Assembly: GCA_965219385.1 (NCBI GenBank)
Contig: CBDCNM010000002.1
Span: forward strand, 3,606,305-3,670,304
Length of the DNA: 64,000 nt
Direction: 5' to 3'
Source: Candidatus Latescibacterota bacterium
Lineage (GTDB): Bacteria > Latescibacterota > UBA2968 > UBA8231
Numbering within the stretch: the stretch's first letter is position 1; each line of letters opens with the position of its first letter. The position numbers and the translations under genes are program-made. Below the pieces are notes generated by a model that worked only from the letters and a program-made list of their open reading frames with translations, did not search any database and was not told where the DNA came from. Positions 32,257 to 41,656 of the stretch are shown piece after piece.

Positions 32257-32448
32257 TTATTGGGTTAGCCAGATCATGACAGCTCCGGCAACGATGATCG
32301 AGGCCGTGATAAAACGTATTGTTTTGTGTTGTCCCCGCAACAGGCGCTCCCCCATCAGCACGGCGAAGACGGCTTTTTTGGTGAGGAAATCCCTGGCCGC
32401 GTGGATGGCGGCGGACAGGACGACCAGCAGGATGGCGGTTGTGCGCAT
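32257..32448 (-). pseudogene. EamA/DMT transporter remnant with internal deletion
   Basis: N-terminal LVVLSAAIHAARDFLTKK joined directly to C-terminal VFAVLMGERLLR...IIVAGAVMI. Confidence 0.6.
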
Positions 32449-32500
32449 GGAGAGGGGTTACGGTCTGGGGGCGACAAGGCGTTCGAAGGGGCGAAGTCTT

Positions 32501-33676
32501 CTAAGAATGATCCAGGTCCCATATTGGAAAGTAGAAAGGGAATATCTGGTTTAACATCTCACCCGCCTCCCCTTCGAGTGCCAGAGGGGGGAGTGAAGGG
32601 TGAGAACCGAAGATGAGCTGTCCGAGTTGTCGGCGCGTCAGGACCACCGGTGTCGGGGTTTTCTGGTTTGCAAAGTCGACCTCGCCGTCTCGGAACCGAA
32701 GGGTGAGGTACTCGCCTGTGTCGCTGCACTCCAGGCCGACCTCGCCGTGCAACCCCGCTGATTTTTCCCGCAGGAAATTGGGGATCCGGCGCAACAGCTG
32801 CTCCAGGCTGTTGAGGCGCATCATCTGGAAGCCGATCCCGCCGGCCTCTTCGATGGGCCGCTGGGTCCCCGGCTTTCTGGCCTCGATGACGGTTTCCAGG
32901 GCCGAGGGCGTCAGATGGGTCAGGGCCTGAATGGGGGCTTCTCGGTCCAGCAGAACATGTTTGATCAGGGCTTCCAGGCCGCCCTCTTCGCCGCCGCCCT
33001 CGATCAGGCCGGGTTTGTTGGTGCCGGTGCCGATGGTCAGGTAAGAGGCTACCTCTTCGCCTTCCAGGGCCAGGAGGGTGCGGGTCTTGGGTAGAGTGAA
33101 AAGCGCCAGGTACTCGGGGCGGGAGCGGTCTATGCGGTGGGGTTCGGCGTCGTGGATGCGGATGAGGGCGTCGAGGTGCAGGGGGTTGTCTGGAACAAAG
33201 GGCGCGATGGCGAAAGGGCCGGCGGCGAAGAGGGCCTCGTCCCGGGGTTGGAGCCGGTAGACCCGGCCCTGGCAGCCCACGGCTTCGAAGTCGGAGTGGT
33301 GGTAGAAGGGAAAGGTGGGCTCTACGGTCCACAGTACCGCGACCGGCCACTGGTTCTTTTCCATGATGCGGATGCAGTCGCGCAGACACAGGGTGGCGTA
33401 CCCCCGTCCGCGGTAGTCCGGGTGGGTAATGGTGGGGCTAATGATGCCTATTTTGAAGGTGTCCTCCCGGGCCACGACCTGGCGCGGCGCCACCGGTACG
33501 TGGGCCACGACCTTGCCGTCCACCTTGAGGATGCGCATGTACTCCAGTTTTTCCTGGTTGAATATCAGGGGGTAGTCGGTGCGGATGTTCTGGTCGCTCC
33601 CGGCTCTGAAGGTCTGGTTGATCAGGTCGATGGTTTCGTCGAATTCTTCGGGGCGGCAGGCGCGTGGTCCGTCCAT
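32501..33676 (-). CDS. GNAT acetyltransferase (Eis-like architecture)
   Basis: THPDYRGRGYA acetyl-CoA motif, 391 aa with an SCP-like C-terminus. Confidence 0.8.
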   Translation of the reverse strand: MDGPRACRPEEFDETIDLINQTFRAGSDQNIRTDYPLIFNQEKLEYMRILKVDGKVVAHVPVAPRQVVAREDTFKIGIISPTITHPDYRGRGYATLCLRDCIRIMEKNQWPVAVLWTVEPTFPFYHHSDFEAVGCQGRVYRLQPRDEALFAAGPFAIAPFVPDNPLHLDALIRIHDAEPHRIDRSRPEYLALFTLPKTRTLLALEGEEVASYLTIGTGTNKPGLIEGGGEEGGLEALIKHVLLDREAPIQALTHLTPSALETVIEARKPGTQRPIEEAGGIGFQMMRLNSLEQLLRRIPNFLREKSAGLHGEVGLECSDTGEYLTLRFRDGEVDFANQKTPTPVVLTRRQLGQLIFGSHPSLPPLALEGEAGEMLNQIFPFYFPIWDLDHS

Positions 33677-33767
33677 GGCGTCCTCCTTTGGCGCAACAAG
33701 ATCATCTTTTTGCTGAGTTTGGCTGAAAGTCGATGCGTGCGCTGGTGGGCACGTAATCCTTTCTGAT

Positions 33768-34943
33768 TCAAGTTAGGATGCCGGGCCGGTGGATGGAAAA
33801 GTCCGCAATATTGTACTCTGTTTTGCCGGCGAGGACCAGTTGGCTCAGGATTTTTCCGAGGAGCGGGGTGTACTTGAAGGCCTGGCCGGTGCCGCCGGTG
33901 AAGAGCGCGATATTTTCGCGGCCGGGCACCAGGTCCAGGACCAGGTTGTGATCCGGGGTCATGGTGTAGATACAGGCCCGGGGCTCCGCCGGTTCGGGAT
34001 GGACGTTTTTGAAGGTCCTGGCGAGGAATTTGCCGGTCAGCTCCAGCATCTTCGGGTCCGGCTCGAAGGTGCATTCCGCGGGGGAGGCGTATATCCGGTC
34101 GGTGAAATCGCCGCCCGCCTTTATGCGGCCGGGCGTGGTCAGCGGCGGCAGGCCGTAGTAGAGGTTTTGATCCTCTCCCTGGGGCTCGCCAAAAAAGAAC
34201 CACATGGGATAGTCGAAGTGGGCATCGTCCACCTGGAAGTAAGCGTAGGTCACCTGCCAGGCCTCGAGCGCGAGTTGCAGAGAAAGGTGTTCGAGGAGCT
34301 GGTTGGCCCAGGCGCCGGGGGCGAGGATGAGCCGGGCGGCCCGGTGCCTGCCCCCGGTGGTTTCGACTTGGATGGAGCCGTCGGATCGAGCCGGCGCGAT
34401 TCGGGTCACGGGTTCGCCAGGGCGCAGGTGGGCGCCGTGTTTTTGCGCCAGGCGGTGCAGGGCCTTGAGGGTGACGTGAGCGTGGATGACGCCGGCCTGC
34501 TCCTGGAAGAGGCCGACGGCCTGGTCGGGGACATCTTTGAGTACGGGGAAGCGCTGTTTGAGAGCGGGGGCGTCGTAGTGGTCGTAGGGGATGCCCAGGG
34601 CATCCATTACCTGCAGGCAGCTCTTGAGGTTGCCCTCCCGGGTCATGAGATCGCCGGCGATGCCGTAGAACAGGACGCCTGTAAGGGTGAGGAGGGTTTC
34701 CTGGGCTTCTCGTTCCAGTTCGCGCCAGAGAGGATAGGCGGATTGGGCCAGGAGACAGAGCCGGACGTCCGAGTACATGATGCGGAAAAAGCGGGAGTCT
34801 CCTTTGGAGCTTGCATATGCATTGAAAAAATCGAACTGCTCCAGGACCAGGACCTTCTTGCCGGCCCGGGCGCAGTGATAGGCCGCGGAGAGGCCGATGG
34901 TGCCCCCACCCACTACAATCACGTCGTATGCGCTGGAATTCAT
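33768..34943 (-). CDS. FAD-dependent oxidase (monomeric sarcosine oxidase/SolA-like)
   Basis: GGGTIGLSAA, ASSKGDSR..R, CIYTMTPD and GQAFKY motifs. Confidence 0.88.
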   Translation of the reverse strand: MNSSAYDVIVVGGGTIGLSAAYHCARAGKKVLVLEQFDFFNAYASSKGDSRFFRIMYSDVRLCLLAQSAYPLWRELEREAQETLLTLTGVLFYGIAGDLMTREGNLKSCLQVMDALGIPYDHYDAPALKQRFPVLKDVPDQAVGLFQEQAGVIHAHVTLKALHRLAQKHGAHLRPGEPVTRIAPARSDGSIQVETTGGRHRAARLILAPGAWANQLLEHLSLQLALEAWQVTYAYFQVDDAHFDYPMWFFFGEPQGEDQNLYYGLPPLTTPGRIKAGGDFTDRIYASPAECTFEPDPKMLELTGKFLARTFKNVHPEPAEPRACIYTMTPDHNLVLDLVPGRENIALFTGGTGQAFKYTPLLGKILSQLVLAGKTEYNIADFSIHRPGILT

Positions 34944-35149
34944 GAAAGGCTCCTGTGCATGCCGGTCCAAACTTAGGGATAGAAAGCTCGGGGATCAAGC
35001 CGTTGTCGCGCGGCAGAAGTTTCCCACGGGTTTTCCCGCGGCCGGGGCGGCCTTAAATTGCGGGTATTGTGATCTGCGGATTGTTCTCTTTGCGCGCTGG
35101 ATTGAGGTGGAGTATACTTTTCTGCTGTGAACCCACAGAGGAATTTACT

Positions 35150-38100
35150 ATGAGAAAACAAACGCCATCCAGGGAGGAACTGGCGCAATCGTTCGCCGAT
35201 CCTCCCCTCGAGTACAGCGATTTCATGACCTATTTCTGGGAGTCCGGCAAGCTCTCCAAAGAACAGCTGACCTGGCAACTGGAACAGATAAAAGACAAGG
35301 GCGTGGGCGGTACCTGGTACTACCCCCGTTACGTGCGCGGCGAGCCCTACGGGCCACACCCGGCCTACTGGAGCGATGGGTGGTGGGAATTCTTCGAGCA
35401 CTACGTGGCCGAGCACGAGCGCCTGGGCATGACGGCCTGGTTCTCCGAGTGGACCGGGCAGGGCTACTGGCAGGATCGGTTGCGGGAAGAGAGGGCAAAC
35501 CACCCGGAGCTGGAGGGCCGGCGGCTGGTTTTGCACCAGGCGGAAGCAAGGGCCGGGGAAGGGGTGGACCTCGAGGTCCCGGAGGAAGAGGAGGTCCTGG
35601 GCGCCGGAGCCTACCGGAGGGTGCGAGGTGGGCTGGATGGGGACTCCCGCCAGGATCTGGCCGCGCGCATCCAGGACGGGCGCTTGAACTGGCAGGCCCC
35701 GGCGGGGGAGTGGATGGTGGCCATAGTGAGCAGTCAGCCGCACGACCTGGACTACCTCAACCCGGCGGTCGCCAGGCGCTGGCTGGAGATCTACTGGAAC
35801 CCCCACTTGGAACATCTGGGCCGCTTTGTGGGCCAGACCTTGCGAGGCTATTTGCAGGACGAGCTGTTCGTGCTCAACGGCAACATCGTCTATGCCGAGA
35901 GCCTGTTGGAGCGTTTCAAGGAAGAGAAGGGCTATGATCCACGGCCCCACTTGGTGGGGCTGTTCCACGATATCGGGGCCTTCACCGACAAGATCCGCTG
36001 CCAGTACTACGAAGTGATGTCCGCCTTGCTGGAGGAAAACCTGTACCGGCCGCTGTGCGCCTGGCACGAAGAGCACAACATGCTGTTCAGCACCATCGCC
36101 ACCTGGGGACGGCAGGATATCATGGGGCAGACCTACCACTACGGCGACTATTTCCGCCTGTGCCGCTGGTTCCACATCACCGGCAACGAGGACCCCGGTG
36201 CCAGCGAGCCAGGGGGCCGGTGTTTCGCCGATGCCAAGCTGTCCAGCTCCATCCTTCATCTCTACCAGCGGGAGCGCGCCGCCATGTGCGTGTACTGGGG
36301 TGCGGGGCACGGCATGACCCAGGAGCAGAATCTGGCCTGGACCAACGAGAACTACGCCTATGGCCTGAACATGTACAATACCCACGGCGGACTCTACGGC
36401 AGCCTGGGCAGCTGGTACGAGTGGGTACCGCCGTCGGTGCACTTCCGCCAGCCCTACTGGGAGCACTGGAAGAGTTTTGTGGATTATGTGGCGCGCCTGA
36501 GCGCGGTGCTGAGCCAGGGGGTGCACCGGGCGGACGTGGCCTTGCTGTATCCCCTGACCTCGATCCACGCCAACTGGCTGAAAGGCGACCACTTCACGGC
36601 CGCAGCCGATGAGATCGGCATCGAGACCCTGGCCCTGGCCCGGCACATTTACGAGAGCGGCATCGACTTCGACTTCGTCGACGACCACAAGCTGAGCCAG
36701 GCCGTTGTGAGCGGGGATTTGCTGCGGATCGGAGGGCTGGAATTCAGGGCGGTGTTGCTGCCGCCCATGACCACGGTGCGCACCGGCATCCTGGAAAAAC
36801 TCAAGGCCTTTTACCGGGCCGGCGGCACGGTGGTGGCCTTCCGCCGCCTGCCGGGCGGATCCCCGGAACAGGGCCGCGACGATCCGCGGATTCGCGCTCT
36901 GCTGCAGGATATTTTCGGGGTTGCGTCCAGCGCCGAGTACATCCACACCTCGGAAAAACACCGGCCGGCGGCCGGCAGCGTGCGGGTGCAGAAAAACGAA
37001 AAGGGTGGGCAGGGCATCTTTGTACCGGAGCACGAAGTACACCGCACCGTCTGGTACGATCCGGGCATGGAGCGGCGCGGTAGCAGTGTGCCCGCGGTGA
37101 TCTCGGAGGCGATTGAGCGGGATGTTTTGAGTTCGGGGCGAGACCTCTTCCACACCCACCAGAAGATCGGCGAACTGGAGGTGTATTTTCTCTACAATGT
37201 GCGCCCGGAGAAAAGGATGCTGGAATTCGAACTGAGGGTAGAAGGCCAGCCGGATATCTGGGATGCCTGGAGCGGCCGGATCATTCCACATTACCGGTTC
37301 GAAAGGGGGGAAGGCTCGACCCGGGTGCGGCTGGAAATGGAGCGCCATCAGGGCATCCTCCTGGTCTTTGGCCCCGGAGAGGGGCGGCCCGAGGTGGTGG
37401 AGGACAATCTGACCCGCATCGCGGGCGTAGAAGAGGAGACGGATGGTCTGAGGGTGGAGGGCGCGTGCGCGGACGGAGGCAGAAAACACCTGCGCATCCG
37501 GCATCGAGGTCGGGAGTACGTGGGAGAGACCCGCCTGGACCCGCCTCCGGCGCCGATCCGGCTGGAGGGAACCTGGGGTTTTGCGGTGCAGCCTACCCTG
37601 GACAATCGCTGGGGGGATTTTCGCCATCCCGCCACCAAGACCAAGATCGGTCCGCAAGCGCGGATCTTCCGCTACGCGCGGGAAGGAGAACGGCAGGGCG
37701 AGGAGTTGGGCTGGCACCAGGAGGATTTCGACGATGCCGGCTGGAGGGAATTCGCCTACTCCTTCGGGCCCTATTGGCTTTGTCTGGGGCCTTTTGCAGC
37801 CGGGCACGAACCCGCGGAGATGGCCCGGTTCAGCGCCGGACAGGTGGACCTGGAACGCGGGTACGAGGGGGCGGGAAAGGTGCACCAGTGGGAAGAGCAT
37901 GTCTATTCCCGGACCATGGGGCATGCCAGCAAGGAGGTCTACAGGGCCTCCGCCGGCATGCACGGGATAGACGACCACTTCATCTACTTCCCGGCCACCG
38001 GGGAGGAAGCCGATGCGGTGCGCTATTTGTTCACCTACGCCTGCGTTCCCGAGGCGGGCGACTGGGATTTCCACTTCGGCCACGGCGCCGTCGGGCAGGA

Positions 38101-39046
38101 CCAGCACGAGGAAATCTGGGAGTACCACTTCGGAGGGCGCAGCGGCGCGGGGCAGCAAGCCTGGATCAATGGCCGGCAGGTGGTCGAATTCGGCCCGGAC
38201 GAGCACGTGGCCGTGGTGCGGGTGCAGCTGGAAAAGGGCCTGAATCCGGTCCTATTGAAGCTGGTGCATCACCAGGGCCAGCCTGTAAACGTGTTTGCCG
38301 CCTTGGTGAATCCGGCCGAGCCCGGGGAGGTAGAATGGCCGCCGCCGCCGCGCTTGAGGTGGTTTGCCGGGCCTTCCACGCTGGTTTACGATATTGCGCC
38401 CCATGCGTCCCGGCGGGTGGGCTGGTACCGGTTCGAGGCGCCCTCTGGCACCCGGGTGGTGAAGCTGGCGCTCGAGGCCGAGGCCGTCCGGGCCTGGGTC
38501 AATGGCCGGCCGGTGGAAATTCAGGACGGCCGGATCGAGCTGCAGGCGCCGGTGGAGGGGGTGGCCCAGGTGGCTTTGCGGCTCGAGCAAAAACCCGGGT
38601 GTTATGCCGGAGCAGCCATCAAAGAGCCGGTGGAATTCGAGTGCGACCCCACGTCTCTGCCGCTGGGCGACTGGAGTGGTTTTGCCCTGGAGAGCTATTC
38701 GGGCGGGGCGATTTACACCAGGGAGTTTGTGCTGGATGCGGATCACCTGGGCACCGAGATCGCGCTGGATCTGGGTCGGGTGCAGGTCAGCGCCGAGGTC
38801 GAGGTGAACGGGCGTAAGGTGGGGGTGGGCCTGGCCCGGCCCTATTGTTTTGACATCACGGATTGCGTCAGGGAGGGGCAGAACTGGGTGGTGGTGAGGG
38901 TGTTCAATACCATGGCCAATCACTACAGTGTGGCTTTTCCTTCCTCGTATGTTTTCGAGGGGCAGACTGTTTCGGGGTTGCTGGGGCCGGTCGAGTTGCG
39001 GTTTTCCAACCGGGTGCGCATGCGGGCCAGAGGTCTCCAGTCCTGA
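35150..39046 (+). CDS. Large glycoside hydrolase (GH106/alpha-L-rhamnosidase-like with sugar-binding C-terminus)
   Basis: FADPPLEY..YFW, YWSDGWW, DYLNP, QDE, PPS.HFRQPYW and LDLGRV..SGLLGPV motifs. Confidence 0.75.
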   Translation: MRKQTPSREELAQSFADPPLEYSDFMTYFWESGKLSKEQLTWQLEQIKDKGVGGTWYYPRYVRGEPYGPHPAYWSDGWWEFFEHYVAEHERLGMTAWFSEWTGQGYWQDRLREERANHPELEGRRLVLHQAEARAGEGVDLEVPEEEEVLGAGAYRRVRGGLDGDSRQDLAARIQDGRLNWQAPAGEWMVAIVSSQPHDLDYLNPAVARRWLEIYWNPHLEHLGRFVGQTLRGYLQDELFVLNGNIVYAESLLERFKEEKGYDPRPHLVGLFHDIGAFTDKIRCQYYEVMSALLEENLYRPLCAWHEEHNMLFSTIATWGRQDIMGQTYHYGDYFRLCRWFHITGNEDPGASEPGGRCFADAKLSSSILHLYQRERAAMCVYWGAGHGMTQEQNLAWTNENYAYGLNMYNTHGGLYGSLGSWYEWVPPSVHFRQPYWEHWKSFVDYVARLSAVLSQGVHRADVALLYPLTSIHANWLKGDHFTAAADEIGIETLALARHIYESGIDFDFVDDHKLSQAVVSGDLLRIGGLEFRAVLLPPMTTVRTGILEKLKAFYRAGGTVVAFRRLPGGSPEQGRDDPRIRALLQDIFGVASSAEYIHTSEKHRPAAGSVRVQKNEKGGQGIFVPEHEVHRTVWYDPGMERRGSSVPAVISEAIERDVLSSGRDLFHTHQKIGELEVYFLYNVRPEKRMLEFELRVEGQPDIWDAWSGRIIPHYRFERGEGSTRVRLEMERHQGILLVFGPGEGRPEVVEDNLTRIAGVEEETDGLRVEGACADGGRKHLRIRHRGREYVGETRLDPPPAPIRLEGTWGFAVQPTLDNRWGDFRHPATKTKIGPQARIFRYAREGERQGEELGWHQEDFDDAGWREFAYSFGPYWLCLGPFAAGHEPAEMARFSAGQVDLERGYEGAGKVHQWEEHVYSRTMGHASKEVYRASAGMHGIDDHFIYFPATGEEADAVRYLFTYACVPEAGDWDFHFGHGAVGQDQHEEIWEYHFGGRSGAGQQAWINGRQVVEFGPDEHVAVVRVQLEKGLNPVLLKLVHHQGQPVNVFAALVNPAEPGEVEWPPPPRLRWFAGPSTLVYDIAPHASRRVGWYRFEAPSGTRVVKLALEAEAVRAWVNGRPVEIQDGRIELQAPVEGVAQVALRLEQKPGCYAGAAIKEPVEFECDPTSLPLGDWSGFALESYSGGAIYTREFVLDADHLGTEIALDLGRVQVSAEVEVNGRKVGVGLARPYCFDITDCVREGQNWVVVRVFNTMANHYSVAFPSSYVFEGQTVSGLLGPVELRFSNRVRMRARGLQS

Positions 39047-39075
39047 GGTATGCGGAAGGAAGAGAGGTATAAAAC

Positions 39076-39200
39076 ATGAGAGACGCACTTCTGGGCATCG
39101 AACATCCCCATTCACTGACCCACCTGGGCACCTTGCAGGTGCTGCCGGAAATCGGCGGATCCTGCTCTGGGACGAAAACGAGGCCGCTCTGACCGAGGGC
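39076..39200 (+). pseudogene. Frameshifted N-terminal remnant of a Gfo/Idh/MocA-like oxidoreductase
   Basis: GAGAGG RBS, MRDALLGIEHPHSLTHL..LQVLPEI, then RILLWDENEAAL in another frame. Confidence 0.5.
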
Positions 39201-39238
39201 AGACCAGGGGAGAGAAGGCCGCTCGAAAGGATTTCGCA

Positions 39239-40795
39239 ATGAGTCTCGATATGATAGATCCCGGGAAGTACCGCCAGCTTTTCCTCGATGATCACGCCGT
39301 GGAAAAGATGACGGGTACGAAGCGCACCCTGCACTCGCCAAAGAAATGGGGACCCGTCATAACCGGAGGGATTCAGAGCAGGTGCAACCCGCAGTGGAAT
39401 CCGGAGAAGAATCTGTGGGAATGGTGGTACTTTGAGCGCACCCTGCACTCGCCAAAGAAATGGGAACCCGTCATAACCGGAGGGATTCAGAGCAGGTGCA
39501 ACCCGCAGTGGAATCCGGAGAAGAATCTGTGGGAATGGTGGTACTTTGGCCAGCATACCTATTACGCCACCTCCGCAGACGGCGAGCACTGGGAGAAACC
39601 ATCGCTGGGGCTGTTCGAATCGAACGGCTCGAAACACAACAACATCGCCTTCGACCCCCGGGACGAGGGGCCCGGAGCGCCGTACCATGTAGTGCGCGAT
39701 GAGAGCGACCCGGATCCCGGCCGGCGCTACAAAGGTCTGCTCAGTGGCAGCAACCGCTACCCCGCTGTTTCGCCCGACGGTTTCCACTGGACCCTGATCG
39801 ACACCCCTCCTATCGTCAGTTCGGACGAGTCCCAGTTCACCCACGACCACCAGTCGGATCAATTCCTCGCCATGGTGAAACAGGGCACTGAATGGGGACG
39901 TTCCGTGTTTCTCGCGACCAGTTCCGACTTCCGGGCGTTCTCCGAACCCAGGCTCATCTTCCACACTGACGAGATCGACCGGGAGAATCGCCGCCGCCGG
40001 GTCCGCGAGGTGATCGAAAACCCGGTCTATATCACGCCCCCCATCATCGACGACGAGGACTACATCGCCGAGTGTTACAACATGGCGGTTTTGCCCTACC
40101 AGGGGTTTTATATCGGGTTCCCGACCATCTTCAATCCGTTTGGCGCCATTCCCCCGCCGGCGACGAACTTCACCCGCATCAACCAGATCGAGCTGGCAAT
40201 CTCGCGCGATCTCTACCACTGGGACCGGGTTGCGGACCGCGCTCCGTTCATTGGACTCGAACCCTTCGACGGAGAAAACTACGGCTGCAGCCAGCTGCTG
40301 ATGGCGGGCCATCCCATCGTGTGCGATGACGGCGAGATCTGGTGTTATTACAATGCCCTGCGCATGCCCTCGAGCATCGAGCTCTACAAGGAGTTCGACC
40401 GCGCCAGGGAGTTGTTCCGCCTGAATGTCAAACCCGAACACTTTGAAGACACAGGTGCCCTGATCCTGGCCAAGCTGCGTCCCGACGGCTTTGTTTCCAT
40501 TGACGGCGGGGAGTGCGGGACCATTCTGACCAGACCGTTCGAACTGAAGGGCGAGGATGTGTACATCAACGCGGATGCGACCTGGGGCGAAATCTATGCC
40601 GAGATCGTCGATGGGGAAACCAGGAGGCCGCACCAGGGTTTCTGGGTCCCGGGAGAGGAGCCGCCGCCGTTTACCGGCGACAGTATCCGAGCGAAGTTCG
40701 AGTGGAAATATCCCCACGACCTGGTCTTCGAAAAGCCGGTGCGCCTCAAGTTCTATCTACGGCAGGCCCGCCTGTTTTCGTTCTGGATCGAATAG
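39239..40795 (+). CDS. Hypothetical beta-propeller glycosidase-like protein
   Basis: RQLFLDD, YATSADGEHWEKP, SPDGFHW and LRPDGFVS motifs; internal 38-aa duplication. Confidence 0.7.
   Translation: MSLDMIDPGKYRQLFLDDHAVEKMTGTKRTLHSPKKWGPVITGGIQSRCNPQWNPEKNLWEWWYFERTLHSPKKWEPVITGGIQSRCNPQWNPEKNLWEWWYFGQHTYYATSADGEHWEKPSLGLFESNGSKHNNIAFDPRDEGPGAPYHVVRDESDPDPGRRYKGLLSGSNRYPAVSPDGFHWTLIDTPPIVSSDESQFTHDHQSDQFLAMVKQGTEWGRSVFLATSSDFRAFSEPRLIFHTDEIDRENRRRRVREVIENPVYITPPIIDDEDYIAECYNMAVLPYQGFYIGFPTIFNPFGAIPPPATNFTRINQIELAISRDLYHWDRVADRAPFIGLEPFDGENYGCSQLLMAGHPIVCDDGEIWCYYNALRMPSSIELYKEFDRARELFRLNVKPEHFEDTGALILAKLRPDGFVSIDGGECGTILTRPFELKGEDVYINADATWGEIYAEIVDGETRRPHQGFWVPGEEPPPFTGDSIRAKFEWKYPHDLVFEKPVRLKFYLRQARLFSFWIE
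39321..39548 (+). repeat. 114-bp in-frame tandem duplication
   Basis: 39321-39434 and 39435-39548 are identical except one base (G to E codon). Confidence 0.95.
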
Positions 40796-40984
40796 CCGTC
40801 GCCTGCCATCCACGGATTTCGCCCGGGTTCTGGAATACTCCTTGGAGCCTATTCGGACGTTCTTGATTACATTGATCTCAACAAGCTCCTTGCCGGTGGT
40901 GTCGACCGATCCCTCTAGTTCAAATCTTTCCACTCTGTACGTCCAACTATTGCCAACGTTCAGAGGAAAGTGGAAAAATGCCAA
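40757..40984 (-). pseudogene. Fragment of an exported protein with an FPLxVGNxWTY motif
   Basis: HFPLNVGNSWTYRV motif; short and overlaps the end of the convergent gene. Confidence 0.4.
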
Positions 40985-41055
40985 AGACTCGGTCGCAGCC
41001 GCGCCAGGCGCGGGGGCGATTCACGCTCCGGTGGTCACATGGCTTCCAGCGCCAC

Positions 41056-41451
41056 CTAGCCCTCGGCCGGCCAGTGGCCGGCAACCCGATAGGCCTCGTC
41101 TTCGCCCGGCCAGGGCGGCATCGTGACGATCACGAAGCGCAGCGGACGATCTCCGGTGGTCCTGAATTGGAAATGCGCGCCGGTGGGGATCGACAGGCTG
41201 CCGCCCGGAACCACGTTGACGACCCGCTCTTCGTCACCGTGTCGTCGCCACACCTGGCCCGTGCCCTCGAGGCAGTACCAGAGCTCTTCGACGGTCCTGT
41301 GCGCGACGGGCGCGGACACCTCTCCCGGATTCAGGGTGCAGTGGACCATGCTCCCGCGACCCGTCTCCGACAGCAACCGGATCTCCGAGCCATCCGGTGC
41401 GAACACGTCGTAGTCCCTGGCAAGCTGTTTGTAGTCCAGGACCTGGCTCAT
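41056..41451 (-). CDS. Cupin domain protein
   Basis: APDGSEIRLL, HRTVEELWYCLEGTG and IPTGAHFQFR motifs. Confidence 0.9.
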   Translation of the reverse strand: MSQVLDYKQLARDYDVFAPDGSEIRLLSETGRGSMVHCTLNPGEVSAPVAHRTVEELWYCLEGTGQVWRRHGDEERVVNVVPGGSLSIPTGAHFQFRTTGDRPLRFVIVTMPPWPGEDEAYRVAGHWPAEG

Positions 41452-41484
41452 CTCTTGAGGCCTACCACCCGACGGCGGTCTTAT

Positions 41485-41622
41485 GGCTTTCGCGTCCTTG
41501 AATTCATCGACGAGCCGCTCGCCAATCCGGCGGATGAATCCATGTTCAAACACTCCTTGATTTCACAGCCCATTCAGGTAGTAAAACCACGCTGGCCATC
41601 CTGGAGACTGCCTTGTGCAAGT
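41485..41622. repeat. Direct repeat copy 1 (matches 59169..59328 with a 22-bp deletion)
   Basis: Same sequence as the 5' end and upstream region of the DUF6602-like gene; two substitutions plus a deletion between TCCAT microhomologies. Confidence 0.92.
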
Positions 41623-41656
41623 AAAGTAGCAGCCGTCTCGCTTTTCAACGCGAGGT

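Noticed and set aside
34973..38206. 1077-aa minus-strand ORF
   Set aside because: Antisense shadow of the glycoside hydrolase caused by high-GC codon bias; no protein motifs
38252..40717. 821-aa minus-strand ORF
   Set aside because: Antisense to two well-supported plus-strand genes; no motifs
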